A DNA stretch of 64,000 nt from Rhodothermales bacterium. GTDB taxonomy: Bacteria > Bacteroidota > Rhodothermia > Rhodothermales > Bin80. Made by a program: the position numbers and the translations under genes. Where the stretch lies: contig OX638318.1 in the NCBI GenBank assembly GCA_951812585.1, positions 88,819 to 152,818 of the forward strand. The letters run 5' to 3'. Under the pieces are notes generated by a model, which saw only the letters and a list, made by a program, of their open reading frames with translations, ran no database searches and was not told the origin of the DNA. Positions 54,876 to 64,000 of this stretch are shown piece after piece. How positions within the stretch are numbered: the stretch's first letter is position 1; the number at the start of each line of letters is the position of its first letter.

Positions 54876-56035
54876 GTGTTCAGCCCCCTCCGGGGCGGTT
54901 GGTTAACACAAACCAGGGCTGGCACCTCCAGCACACCGGCATTCAGGCGGTAGCAGCCCTGGCATTCGGGTCCTACCACTACGTGCCTGCTACACAGCAG
55001 TTCGCACGCATGGCAGTTCGCATGCATGCGTAACGTGCGCACGAAAAAAAAACCAGCACCCGAATCCTGCAATTCGGCTACGATTCCGTCACGCTTCGTA
55101 GCATCAACCCCGCCAAAACCGTTGGCGCACCAGCTGTAGGCAAGCCTTCGGCCCGGTCACAATGCTGACGCACTACGCGTAGCGCTACTGCAACAGCTAA
55201 ATATAGGAATCTGCAACAACAATACGCCACAGCGCGGATCATCGCACAAGGTATCAACGCACTGGCAATTCCGTTTCACAAGAAATCAACAATCAACAGT
55301 GATTAAGCCGCACGCTGCGCGCGCCGACGAGCACCTGAACGCTCCGTGTGCTGGGAACATTGGCCATCAGCGCGCAAACAGGGCCACTGCCGCGGGCTTA
55401 TTGACTCTGCTGCTACTTTTCCGCACGCTGCTTGCTGTGATGCGCGAACGTTGAAGCTTCTGCCGCAGAGGTTCCGCGTAGCACACAGGGAATCGCCATT
55501 CCCCTTGCGCAGCATTTGTGCCTCCATACCACGCTTAAGCGGTATGGAAGGCTGATGCCCGAGCGCACTCCCCTCGGCGCCAGAATGGCTGCGCGCTTCC
55601 TGGCTACAATGCTTTCGCCGCCGCGCCCTCAGGCGTTCGAAACAGCAAGGACAGCTGGTCGCTCCGGGAAGCTGTCTCACCGTGACGAGACACTAAACGA
55701 ATTGCCATGCTTACAGCAACCAAAAGGCCAGGCTGGCCAAGCCAGAGAACGGCAATTAATGCACACGACACGACGGCTTGTTTCAGATTCATGCGGACGC
55801 TGCTCCGGTGCAGGCCACCGAGCTCACCGGAGAAGTGCAGGCTGACGCATTCCACGCTGCATCCTGGAATCTCGACCACCTTGCGCGAGGCCCATGTGCA
55901 GAGCATGGGCCTTGCGGAGCTTAGATCACCTGCGCCAAGCGATGGTGATGTGCGGTGCTGCTGAGCTGCGACACGTTCAGCGGCGCCGGAGTAGCATAAT
56001 GCTGGGTAGTGGGCCCCGCTAAGCCATTACGCCCG

Positions 56036-57841
56036 CTAAGCCATGACGTAGGGGTTGGAATCAAAACGGCCGGCGAAGAAGGCATCGCGGTAGTAACGGA
56101 CCTTGTCGGCAACAACAGGCTGGTACGGACGCACCAACAGGAGCTGTCGGTCCGGGTGGAGACGGCGCAGCTCCTCAGGCCGAAGAAGCGGCCGGCTGGC
56201 CTCGTCATAATCGCGGAGCAGGTGGCTGCCCTCGCGGCGACTGGCCTTGCGCGTGCGACGCTGCCAGACGGTCGTCTGACCAAGCATCTGCGCAACCTTC
56301 TCCGTTGTAAAGGGATCCTGGATGGCAAAGAGCTGAAGAACATCGCTGTTGGCAACAAAACTCTCCCACTCGTCACGGTACTCGCGCCTAAGCTGCGCCA
56401 TGTCCTGCAAGATCAGCCACATCGTAACGCCATACCCGCCTCCAAGCGAAACCGCCTCCTTGATGTTGGACATGTAACCGAGGTTGGCAAACTCATCCAA
56501 AAGAAACAGTACGCGCTCCTGGGGCCGCTGCCGCTGCAGTACGTCATGCGTGCACATGTAGTAGCTGCACGCAATCATCAGCCGAAGCCACGGCGCAAAC
56601 GCCATAAGATGCTCGCGCGGCAAGATGAGGAACAGGCTCAGATTGTCCTGAAGAAGATCCTCCAGCGCAAAATCGGTCTGCGTAAGCACGCGATGCATGC
56701 GCGGACTGCTCAAAAAATGCGTGTATGACTGCGCCGTGGAAAAGACGCCGCTTCGCTCCCGGTCCGACTTCTGCATGATGCGCCCAGCCCCCTCCCTGAC
56801 CTGCCCCACCTCGCTCATCAGCATGGCGTTCAAAACCGGCTTCATGCCCGCGGGTGTCAGCGTCAAGAGGCGGCGCACCTCGATGAGGTTGCGCCGGGAT
56901 GAGTCTGCGCTGTCGGCCACATGCAGAATAAGGCTGAAAAGCAGCGCCTTCCCCTCCAAAAACCAGTGCGACGCTTCAGCACTGCCCCGGCGGGTGATGA
57001 TCATCTCCGCCATGATCATGGCGGTTTCCACAAAGTCATCGCGCTCGAAGTCAATAAGATCCATCGGATTGAACCCTTGCGGCACGGCCCGCGCGATGCC
57101 GAATGGATCCATCGCAACAACCTCCTGTCCGAGCGTATCGCGGCGGTAACGGCCGCTGACATAGAAGTTCTCCCCCTTGGGGTCCGTAACCACCACACTG
57201 CCAGGATGGTTCAGGAGGTTCGGTATAATTGCACCCACACCCTTGCCGCTCCGCGTGGCCGCAATCGTGAGAAGGTGGCCATCGCCGTCGTAGCGCAGCA
57301 TCTTCGCGCCGACCCTGCCCAGCAAAAAGCCGCCCGGCGCAGCCTTAAGCGCCGCTGCTGTGCCCCAGCGCGTGGACCCACGAACGGCGCTGGTGCGAAG
57401 ACGTACCGCATGCATGAGCTGATGCGCCAGGAGCCCCACCAGCGCCGCGCCCAGCACCAGGCTGGATACCACCGCAGTCATCTCGGCAGCACTGCCTGCG
57501 CGCAGCGCGTGCATAAGCGCCCACATAAACAGGAACGGACTGTAGAGGGGCGCGAACGCAAAAACCAGAAGCACCGCCATCGCGGCACCGGCGCAAAGGC
57601 GCCACCGGCGCTTGGCCAAAAGTCCACTGATGAGCACGAGGCCGACCCCGCTCCATGGACGCGAGATCGCCGGCGATACCAGCGGGCTGCCGGCAGGCGG
57701 ACCCCATAGTAGTGACAGCAGGGCCACGGCCAGGACCAGTGCGACGCCGCTGCCACACAAGAATGTGCCCAACACCCCGTAGCTGCCGACATTCAGCGGT
57801 GCATCAGCGCCGTATAGGGTGCTACCGGTACGGCGCTTCAA
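56036..57841 (-). CDS. traG: Type IV secretion coupling protein TraG/VirD4
   Basis: 601 aa with N-terminal TM segments. Motifs: TIAATRSGKGVGAIIPNLL (Walker A), VVVTDPKGE and VLFLLDEFANLG. Confidence 0.85.
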   Translation of the reverse strand: MKRRTGSTLYGADAPLNVGSYGVLGTFLCGSGVALVLAVALLSLLWGPPAGSPLVSPAISRPWSGVGLVLISGLLAKRRWRLCAGAAMAVLLVFAFAPLYSPFLFMWALMHALRAGSAAEMTAVVSSLVLGAALVGLLAHQLMHAVRLRTSAVRGSTRWGTAAALKAAPGGFLLGRVGAKMLRYDGDGHLLTIAATRSGKGVGAIIPNLLNHPGSVVVTDPKGENFYVSGRYRRDTLGQEVVAMDPFGIARAVPQGFNPMDLIDFERDDFVETAMIMAEMIITRRGSAEASHWFLEGKALLFSLILHVADSADSSRRNLIEVRRLLTLTPAGMKPVLNAMLMSEVGQVREGAGRIMQKSDRERSGVFSTAQSYTHFLSSPRMHRVLTQTDFALEDLLQDNLSLFLILPREHLMAFAPWLRLMIACSYYMCTHDVLQRQRPQERVLFLLDEFANLGYMSNIKEAVSLGGGYGVTMWLILQDMAQLRREYRDEWESFVANSDVLQLFAIQDPFTTEKVAQMLGQTTVWQRRTRKASRREGSHLLRDYDEASRPLLRPEELRRLHPDRQLLLVRPYQPVVADKVRYYRDAFFAGRFDSNPYVMA

Positions 57842-58829
57842 AGTGCAGGTCCTCCGTTACGTAAATCAGAAAGCGATAACCCGCGCGTATCGTAACGGTG
57901 GGCATGCGACTATGCCCCGGCTGCAACGTGCTCGCCGCCGAGCGCGAAAGTTCCATGGCCAGCGACGCGCCGACCAGACCGCTGGCAGCACCTGCCTGCG
58001 CGGAAGCGTACGTAGCAGAACCACCCACGAGTGCCATCAGTGCAGCGCTTCCGAAGTTGCGCGCGCGATGCCGGTTCACCGCGTCGCGCAGACCGTGCTC
58101 TCCAGTCTGCTCCATCGCCGGCAGGGCAGGCAGCGGCATCGTGCGCCCATCCGGAAACTCCATCCCCGTCCAGACGACGACCACCTGCCCACCGCGACTT
58201 GCAACGACCTGCTCAACGTAGCCTTTAAGCTTTGTGCCGGCGGGAATCAACACATGCTGCAGGTGCTGACTGTCCCGCACCGGGCGCACCACACGCGCCA
58301 GAACAGGCCCGGGACGCTCGGAGTGAATCGCCGTGGCCAGCGCAGCCTCGATCACCGACGCCGCCCGCACCGTGTAAACGCCCCGGGCCGCAGCTTCAGC
58401 CCGGGCCCGTCCGGGCGCGTTCAGCGCATTGCCAGCGCGCTGGTCCAGCGGCGGCTCCTTGAGCATAGCACCTATGCTGTGGACCAGCGGCCGGGCCCGG
58501 CGCGCCTCATCGAACCGGGCCTGCCTGCGCTCGTCCCTCACCTGACGAAAGGAAGGCTGCACCGGCGCGCCTGCCCACGCAGGCGATGCCTGGACGGATG
58601 TCTCCGCTTCCAGATCCGGCGCACTGATGGTGATCGGGGCCAGATCGGCGTAGCCTGCGGGGTCGGAAACCGGTTTACTGTACCGCGGCGCCGGGCCGCG
58701 GCGGCTGCTGAAAAACAGCGCCAGAATCACGCCCGTGATGGTCAGCACCAGGGCCAGGATGTTCTTCCGCGAAAGGCGGGCCGAGGATGTCGGGTCTACA
58801 AAGTCCGAAGCGCCAGGCGTTTCGCTCAT
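57822..58829 (-). CDS. trbI: TrbI/VirB10
   Basis: 335 aa with one N-terminal TM segment and a Pro-rich linker. The C-terminal PTVTIRAGYRFLIYVTEDL is typical of the family. Confidence 0.8.
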   Translation of the reverse strand: MSETPGASDFVDPTSSARLSRKNILALVLTITGVILALFFSSRRGPAPRYSKPVSDPAGYADLAPITISAPDLEAETSVQASPAWAGAPVQPSFRQVRDERRQARFDEARRARPLVHSIGAMLKEPPLDQRAGNALNAPGRARAEAAARGVYTVRAASVIEAALATAIHSERPGPVLARVVRPVRDSQHLQHVLIPAGTKLKGYVEQVVASRGGQVVVVWTGMEFPDGRTMPLPALPAMEQTGEHGLRDAVNRHRARNFGSAALMALVGGSATYASAQAGAASGLVGASLAMELSRSAASTLQPGHSRMPTVTIRAGYRFLIYVTEDLHFEAPYR

Positions 58830-59717
58830 CTATTCAGCAGCAAAGATGTGAAGAGACCGCTGCACTTGGCGCGTGCGCCGGAGCAGTCGCCGTGCAGGAT
58901 GGCTGACCACCAGGCGCGCATACGCAAAGAGGCCCTCCACAACAAAGTAGCCGTGCTGCACGGTGTAGTTGACCATGCGCTCCTCGCCTCGCCTGCCAAC
59001 CGCCAGCAGCGGATGATCGGTGTCCTGCGCCGCCTGCGGCGACTTGATGTAGACTCGGTGGCCATCATCAAACACCGCTAGTGGCTCCCACGGAAAGCCC
59101 TTGTCCTTGCGCCACTCGTAGCGGTAGTTGAGCGCGCCCAGCCTGAGGCTGGAGGCAACCGCTTCGTGGCCTTGGTTAGGACCGTCCGTGCTCACCGCGC
59201 GGACACCGGCCTCGGGGTAATAGAACTTGATGTGACGCGTGTAATGACTCAGCGGATTGTAATCGTCCTTCTTGGTGCCCCTCGGGGGACTGTCAAGCGT
59301 GATGTGGTAGACGCGCCGGTCCGTGGAAAGCACCAGGTTCGTGGTGATGTTGTAGCTCGTGGGCTTGACTGACACCAGCGGCGTGTTGCCGCCCGCGCCA
59401 GTGGCGGTCGGATCGATAAGCCAGCGCTGATCGTCGCCCGCGATCATGCTGATCAGTTGCTCGCCGGGCTCCAGCTCCACGACGCAGGCGCGGAGCAGCG
59501 TGCAGCTGAGCACAGGCTGGTAGATACCAAACGGATAGATCAGCATATCCGACAGGCGCAATACCTCCGGCCGGCCGCCATCCTTGAAGACCTGCACCTG
59601 CGCATCGATTGCCTGCTGCACGGGCTCGTTGATCTCTCTGATATGCTCGTCAGGTACCTGCTGTGCATATGCGCGCTGAGCACACAAACAGAACGCAATC
59701 AAGAGTATTCGGCTCAT
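58830..59717 (-). CDS. trbG: TrbG/VirB9
   Basis: Start at ATG 59717 (MSRILLIAFCLCAQRAYAQQ, signal peptide). The motif TTNLVLSTDRRVYHITLDS...IKFYYPE matches the family. The ORF-track start at 59966 is an unlikely extension. Confidence 0.8.
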   Translation of the reverse strand: MSRILLIAFCLCAQRAYAQQVPDEHIREINEPVQQAIDAQVQVFKDGGRPEVLRLSDMLIYPFGIYQPVLSCTLLRACVVELEPGEQLISMIAGDDQRWLIDPTATGAGGNTPLVSVKPTSYNITTNLVLSTDRRVYHITLDSPPRGTKKDDYNPLSHYTRHIKFYYPEAGVRAVSTDGPNQGHEAVASSLRLGALNYRYEWRKDKGFPWEPLAVFDDGHRVYIKSPQAAQDTDHPLLAVGRRGEERMVNYTVQHGYFVVEGLFAYARLVVSHPARRLLRRTRQVQRSLHIFAAE

Positions 59718-59826
59718 GGGACAAACATATTGGCTCCGCTCTGTAGCGTACGCGCACTGCGCACAATAGGAGCCATGTGTTCTCTGACGGTTTGCCCAAG
59801 ATTGGGCTGCAGGCAGCGCACCGGTC

Positions 59827-60549
59827 CTACGGCACGCTGCTGGTGCGCGACAGCGTGTAGTCTGTGACAAAGATGCCAAGCGGATTGTCCAGGAGAAGCG
59901 CCTCGGACTCGGGCGCAAGGATGCGCACCTTGAAATGGCCCTCAAAGCCGTGCGTGGCGTGTCCAAAGTGGGCGGATTCGGACTCGCGCCACGATATGCG
60001 GTAGACTCCGGCCTCGCCCGGCATCTTCAGGACACTGGAGATCTCCTCCACGTACCGCGTCTCGCCGCGGCGAAGCATCTGTTCCAGCGCCTCGCGTTGG
60101 CTGCGAACCTCGCGCGTAAAGACAGCCAGGGCCTGGCCCGACACAAAGGCCTGTGCACGGGCCAACTGCACGTTGAACACGCGCAGATCCGTGGGCACGG
60201 TGCGCAGGTTGTGCACAAAACGGCGCAGCGCGACCTGTACGGCGCGCTCGGGCGGCTCGGCTGCCGACAGCTGCGCCGCTGCGCGGACCTCGCCCAGGGC
60301 ATCCACCTCCACCACGTACGGCACGATGGTATGCGCCCGCACCAGCAAGATGAAGCCAATGGTCAGCGCGCCGTTCGTCGCGAGTGCAACAAGCGCCACG
60401 GCCTGCCAGATGCGACGGCCACGGGCCAGGTCGCCGAACAGGCGTTCAAAGGCATAGCGACCCTCCAGGTACGCATGGCTGCCTTCGGGCCGACCGCTTT
60501 CGTCCACAGCCCTGAACCAATGGCGCCATGACGACAGCAGACGCTTCAC
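59827..60549 (-). CDS. trbF: TrbF/VirB8-like
   Basis: One TM segment (IWQAVALVALATNGALTIGFILLV) followed by a VirB8-like domain. I prefer GTG 60549, which forms a GTGA overlap with the trbL stop; the ORF stays open to 60669. Confidence 0.7.
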   Translation of the reverse strand: MKRLLSSWRHWFRAVDESGRPEGSHAYLEGRYAFERLFGDLARGRRIWQAVALVALATNGALTIGFILLVRAHTIVPYVVEVDALGEVRAAAQLSAAEPPERAVQVALRRFVHNLRTVPTDLRVFNVQLARAQAFVSGQALAVFTREVRSQREALEQMLRRGETRYVEEISSVLKMPGEAGVYRISWRESESAHFGHATHGFEGHFKVRILAPESEALLLDNPLGIFVTDYTLSRTSSVP

Positions 60550-61487
60550 AGCTTTTGGAGCACGCCCTTGAGATTGAAAGACATGTTGCGGCTCATCCGT
60601 TCGGCAATGCGGCTGGGGAGCGTTACGCCGAGCACGGCCAGAAGGATGGACACCGCCGTGATAGACCACAAGAAGCCCAGACGCGAAGTGACGGCCTGCG
60701 TGGCACCCCGCGGATCCAGAGCAAAAAGCCTCTCCAGAACCGCCAGCCAGAGATTGTCGTACTGCTTCAGGAGCGCCACCATGTCGTCTCCAATGCTCGC
60801 GGCGACGCTTGCCACCAGGATCAGGAAGAAAAGCTTCACGCCGACATAAACGATGTATTGCAGGTAGCCTTCACCCAGGGGCGCCGTGCCTCGAAAGGCC
60901 ATGAATCCCACAAAGAAGAGGCCGCCCGTGACCACGACGTAGCTTTCAATAAGGGTGACAAGGAGTTGCGCCGCGAGCACCACGAAGCACAATAGAATGA
61001 TGAGGGCCGGCACGAGCGTCATCACGACGATGATGTCCGCAGTTAGCCCCAGTGCCTTGAGCGTGCTGAGGAAAATGCTGAGCCCCACATTCACCAGGTG
61101 CGTTGGCGAAAGCTGCGTCACCACATCGCCGCCAATATGCATCGCGCCCTCTCCAAAGGCTTTGGGCACAAGCGGCAGCCAGTGGTGGTATGTGGACAAG
61201 AGGTCCAGCACAAATGCGAGGATGCCCAGCTTGAGTGCAAACTGCCCGATGAGGTCCTGCTCCCGGGATCGCCGCGTCCAGTAGATGTACCCGGTCACGA
61301 TGATCTCCAGGAGTGCCAGGCTGACAAAGAGCGTCTGCGCCGCGCCCAGCGCCCGGTCAATCCACCCTTCAGTGGTCAGCCGAAAGACCTCCTGTGCACA
61401 TTCGAAAAGCTGTGTCGGCGCGCAGTTCTGCATGACGTTCTGCGGTGCAGACTGCGGCAGCAGACGGGCGCAAACAAAAAGAAGCAC
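60546..61487 (-). CDS. trbL: TrbL/VirB6
   Basis: 313 aa with a GTG start, polytopic membrane protein, in the canonical position between trbJ and trbF. Confidence 0.7.
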   Translation of the reverse strand: MLLFVCARLLPQSAPQNVMQNCAPTQLFECAQEVFRLTTEGWIDRALGAAQTLFVSLALLEIIVTGYIYWTRRSREQDLIGQFALKLGILAFVLDLLSTYHHWLPLVPKAFGEGAMHIGGDVVTQLSPTHLVNVGLSIFLSTLKALGLTADIIVVMTLVPALIILLCFVVLAAQLLVTLIESYVVVTGGLFFVGFMAFRGTAPLGEGYLQYIVYVGVKLFFLILVASVAASIGDDMVALLKQYDNLWLAVLERLFALDPRGATQAVTSRLGFLWSITAVSILLAVLGVTLPSRIAERMSRNMSFNLKGVLQKL

Positions 61488-61495
61488 GGTGCCAG

Positions 61496-61524
61496 TATAT
61501 AGTTATATAGTTGTTATATATTTG
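61496..61524. repeat. AT-rich tandem motif tatatagt tatatagt tgttatatatttg in the 45-bp trbJ-trbL gap
   Basis: Read directly from the sequence. It is a striking AT island in GC-rich DNA, at the position where trbK lies in classical Trb operons. Confidence 0.6.
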
Positions 61525-61532
61525 TGCGCAGA

Positions 61533-62264
61533 TTACTCGCCGGGCATGCGCAAAAAGGCGGCGACCCGATACCTCGACGGATCGCCGAGCCAATCGGTGT
61601 GGCCCACAAAGGCACCGTAGACTGCGCGGCGCTGCGCTTCCCTGTTGAGGGTATGCGCCGCGCGCACAGCTTCCATGTTTGTCAGCGTCATCAAGGCCTG
61701 CCGCGTAAGGAGCGCTTCGCGCGCGGCCAGCACCTGCAGGCTGGCTTGCACATCCATCATCTGCTGCGGCTCGGGGTTGTTGGAGATTTCGAGCTTGAAA
61801 CGCTCCAGCTCCTGATGCGTCAACCCGATTTGCTGCCCGTGCACCGACAGCGACTGCATGGTGTGCGTGATCGTGTTCATGCCGCGCGCTGCCACCGCTT
61901 TGTCGTACGCCAGTGGATCCTCGGGCATGGCATGGAGCACATAGAGCGCGTCCAGCTCCGCGGGATTGAGGTAGCTGACGGCCCCCGACAAGGCTGTCTC
62001 CACATCATCGGCGGCCGATCCCAGGGGCATGGACTCCACCAGGCCGCGCTTGGTGAGCGCGCGCTGATAGCGGCTAAGATGGCGGGTGGTGACGCCGCGA
62101 ATCTGCTTGGCCACCGCCAGATCCTCCTGAAGGAGCCGCACCTGATTCCGTAGTTCTACCAGCTGCGCCACCGCTTTGGCGATGGCGGCCACGTCGATGA
62201 CCGGCAATTGCGCACGCACCGGCGCCGCAAAAAAGAGGAGCGAGAGAAAGAATGCTGATTTCAT
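61533..62264 (-). CDS. trbJ: TrbJ (VirB5-like)
   Basis: 243 aa. A signal peptide is followed by LPVIDVAAIAKAVAQLVELRNQVRLLQEDL, typical of TrbJ. It shares an ATGA overlap with the trbE stop. Confidence 0.8.
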   Translation of the reverse strand: MKSAFFLSLLFFAAPVRAQLPVIDVAAIAKAVAQLVELRNQVRLLQEDLAVAKQIRGVTTRHLSRYQRALTKRGLVESMPLGSAADDVETALSGAVSYLNPAELDALYVLHAMPEDPLAYDKAVAARGMNTITHTMQSLSVHGQQIGLTHQELERFKLEISNNPEPQQMMDVQASLQVLAAREALLTRQALMTLTNMEAVRAAHTLNREAQRRAVYGAFVGHTDWLGDPSRYRVAAFLRMPGE

Positions 62265-64000
62265 GAGTGCAGCATGTCCAGATGGTCAAGAAAGTCAGGG
62301 CCGCACTGATCCATCAGTGCGGTCATTGCGCGCAGGGATGCCTGCGCACTGCGGCCGGGTAGCGGCATCAGCAGCGCACGCGCCTTGGGTCCGAGGTTAA
62401 GCTCAAAGAGTCGGCTGCCGCTCGGACTCTTGTAGTAGTAGTCCCGGCGGCGCTGCGCCGAGGCGATAATGTCAATCTCTCGCGAGCCCAAGTCCAGAAA
62501 TCGGTATACTTCGGCGTGCTCTGCCACGCGCGCTTCCGGGTTCGGCAGCAGGATGCGCGTGGGGCAGGACTCCGTGATGCAGGAGGCATTGGGCAGGGCG
62601 CGCAGCTGACCTGCCGAGTGCGCCACCAGGACGACGGCCGCGTTGTGCTTGCGCAGCGTCAGGAGCCACTGGCGGATACGCGCGCTGAAGGTAGACCGCA
62701 AAAGCGCCGCCCAGGCTTCTTCTATCACAATGAGCGTGGGCGCACCGTCCAGGGAGCGCTCAATCTGACGAAAGAGCGTCATCAAAAGCGGGACCACAAT
62801 CGTGTCACCGAGCGGCAGCACGCTTTGCAGTTCTATGGTGGTGAGCCGGGACGCAGTGATGTCGCCGGCCGTGCCATCGAGCAGCCTGCCGTAGGCCCCC
62901 TGTACTGTATAGGGTGCCATGGCGTCCTGCAGGTGGTGCGGCAGGCATACGTAAAGCGCCGTGAGCGTGCGCTGATCTGCAACGCGCTCGGCCAGCAGGC
63001 GGAGCGCGTTGCTTACACCCTGCCTGTCCGCAGGCGTCAGTGCAACGCGTGCCAGCGCGAAGATGGTTTCGAGCCAGGACTGCGCCCACATGAGATCCTC
63101 GTCGCTGTCCAGGTGCCTGAGTGGCTGCAGTGCGGGCATGATGCCGGTGCCCAAGGCATGGTGCGTGCCCTGGGCCGCGAAGGTCAGCACCTGGTGCGAA
63201 CCTCCGATGTCAAAGACGAAGGCCCGGCTTTTGGCATAGCGCAGGAAGCTCAGCGTGACAAAGCCTACCAGGACGCTCTTGCCTGCGCCCGTTGCTCCCA
63301 CCACCAGGGTGTGGCCAACGTCGCCCTGGTGAAGGTTCAGGCAGAACGGCGTGGCGCCGCATGCACGCGCATAGAGCAAGGGAACACTGCCCTTGGGGAA
63401 GAGCGCGCTGGGGCAGGTACGCTCGCCGGGCCACGGCGTGGTGACCGGAAAGAGATGTGCAATGTTGCGACTGGAAAGCAGCGGTCGCCGCAGGTTGGCG
63501 TAGCCGTGTCCTGGCAGGCTGCCAATGAAGGCATCGGTGGCGTTGATGTCTTCCTGCATCGCGGTGAGCCCTGGTCGCGGAGCGTCTGCAAAAGCGCCTG
63601 GGCGCGTGCCCGCCCTCGCTGCGCACTGGTATCGCGCAGGATGATGCTGTTGGTAAAATAGCCGAAGCGTGCTTTGCCGCTGGAAGCCTCGGCAAGTGCA
63701 TGAGCGGTTTCGCGCTGCATCTCCACGGCATCCTGATCCTCGATGGCCCCGCTTACTTCGTAGGCTGCAAAGGCGCGCAGCCCGCCGCGCTGGTGAAACC
63801 ATCGGTGCTGAAGCTTGCGTATGCGGCGCAGCGCTTCCGAGCGGCTGAGCGCCACCAGGCGCATGTGCCAGCGCGCTTCCTCGCGCAGGCTGTTGAAGAA
63901 GTCTCCCGCCGCTGCTTCGGTATAGGATCCGAGCGAAGTGATGGTCAGGACGAAGGCATGCTGGTGGCCCATGCGCGGCAGGTAGCCGGTAGCAAAATCC
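62261..64000 (-). pseudogene. trbE: TrbE/VirB4 ATPase, frameshifted; 5' end beyond the window
   Basis: The downstream frame has DAFIGSLPG, GATGAGKSVL (Walker A) and LIVIEEAW (Walker B). The upstream part (ARFGYFTNSIILRD...LLQTLRDQG) is in another frame (63337-64000). The frames meet near 63560-63580. Confidence 0.7.

Larger units (their letters stand above)
33721..55713 (-). repeat. Head-to-tail triplication of a ~7.2-kb unit (downstream hairpins + giant gene + ~0.8-kb leader + IS4 relic)
   Basis: Units 2 and 3 repeat with an exact 7,215-bp period (41848 aligns with 49063). Unit 1 (33721-40186) carries a 679-bp deletion and is followed by an IS3 insertion. Homology to unit 2 ends at 55713 (48486 in unit 2). 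Confidence 0.9.

Noticed and set aside
33721-55713. Possibility that the repeated structure is a CRISPR array or a diversity-generating retroelement target/template system.
   Set aside because: The repeat units are 7.2 kb, not 25-40 bp, and no cas genes are present. For a DGR there is no reverse transcriptase in the window, and the variable patches differ by indels and all base types rather than adenine-specific substitutions.
55604-55792. A 62-aa ORF (MNLKQAVVSCALIAVLWLGQPGLLVAV...) with a hydrophobic N-terminus between the array and traG.
   Set aside because: It crosses the boundary between unique DNA and the duplicated leader, so its C-terminal half also exists, diverged, in unit 2 without the N-terminal half. 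I saw no RBS. It is probably fortuitous.
63560-63580. The trbE frame change considered as programmed frameshifting.
   Set aside because: There is no slippery heptamer or downstream structure at the site. A single missing T restores a conserved G-F-T-A reading, so mutation or sequencing error is the simpler explanation.

Overview
This is a high-GC bacterial chromosome segment. Its gene content (T9SS C-terminal sorting domains, a GWxTD protein, type III glutamine synthetase, very acidic proteins) suggests Bacteroidota/Rhodothermota, possibly Salinibacter-like; that placement is inference only. Positions 1-16.5 kb hold ordinary housekeeping genes: a DUF62 SAM enzyme, an orphan histidine kinase, purA, a STAS protein, secD/secF, a sulfatase, glnN, an iodotyrosine-deiodinase-like flavoenzyme, asnS and a GWxTD protein. 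From about 17 kb the window is accessory. It carries a 1,770-aa cadherin-repeat autotransporter with a 24-glycine tract, a 2.6-kb gene-poor zone of decayed transposase fragments, an AddB/AddA-type helicase-nuclease pair and a GH16 glucanase with a T9SS tail. The dominant feature is a 22-kb head-to-tail triplication (33721-55713) of a roughly 7.2-kb unit. Each unit encodes an intact protein of about 1,830 aa with a signal peptide and a T9SS sorting domain. The three copies are nearly identical except for two indel-rich hypervariable patches, and the variants are shared in a mosaic pattern. An apparently intact IS3-family element with a 3-bp target duplication interrupts the array, and a Tn5-like IS4 transposase relic sits at the unit junctions. 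The array abuts a co-oriented Trb (P-type) type IV secretion cluster (trbE frameshifted, trbJ, trbL, trbF, trbG, trbI, traG) that runs off the window. I saw no rRNA, convincing tRNA or CRISPR array. All family assignments rest on motif recognition by eye, with no searches run.
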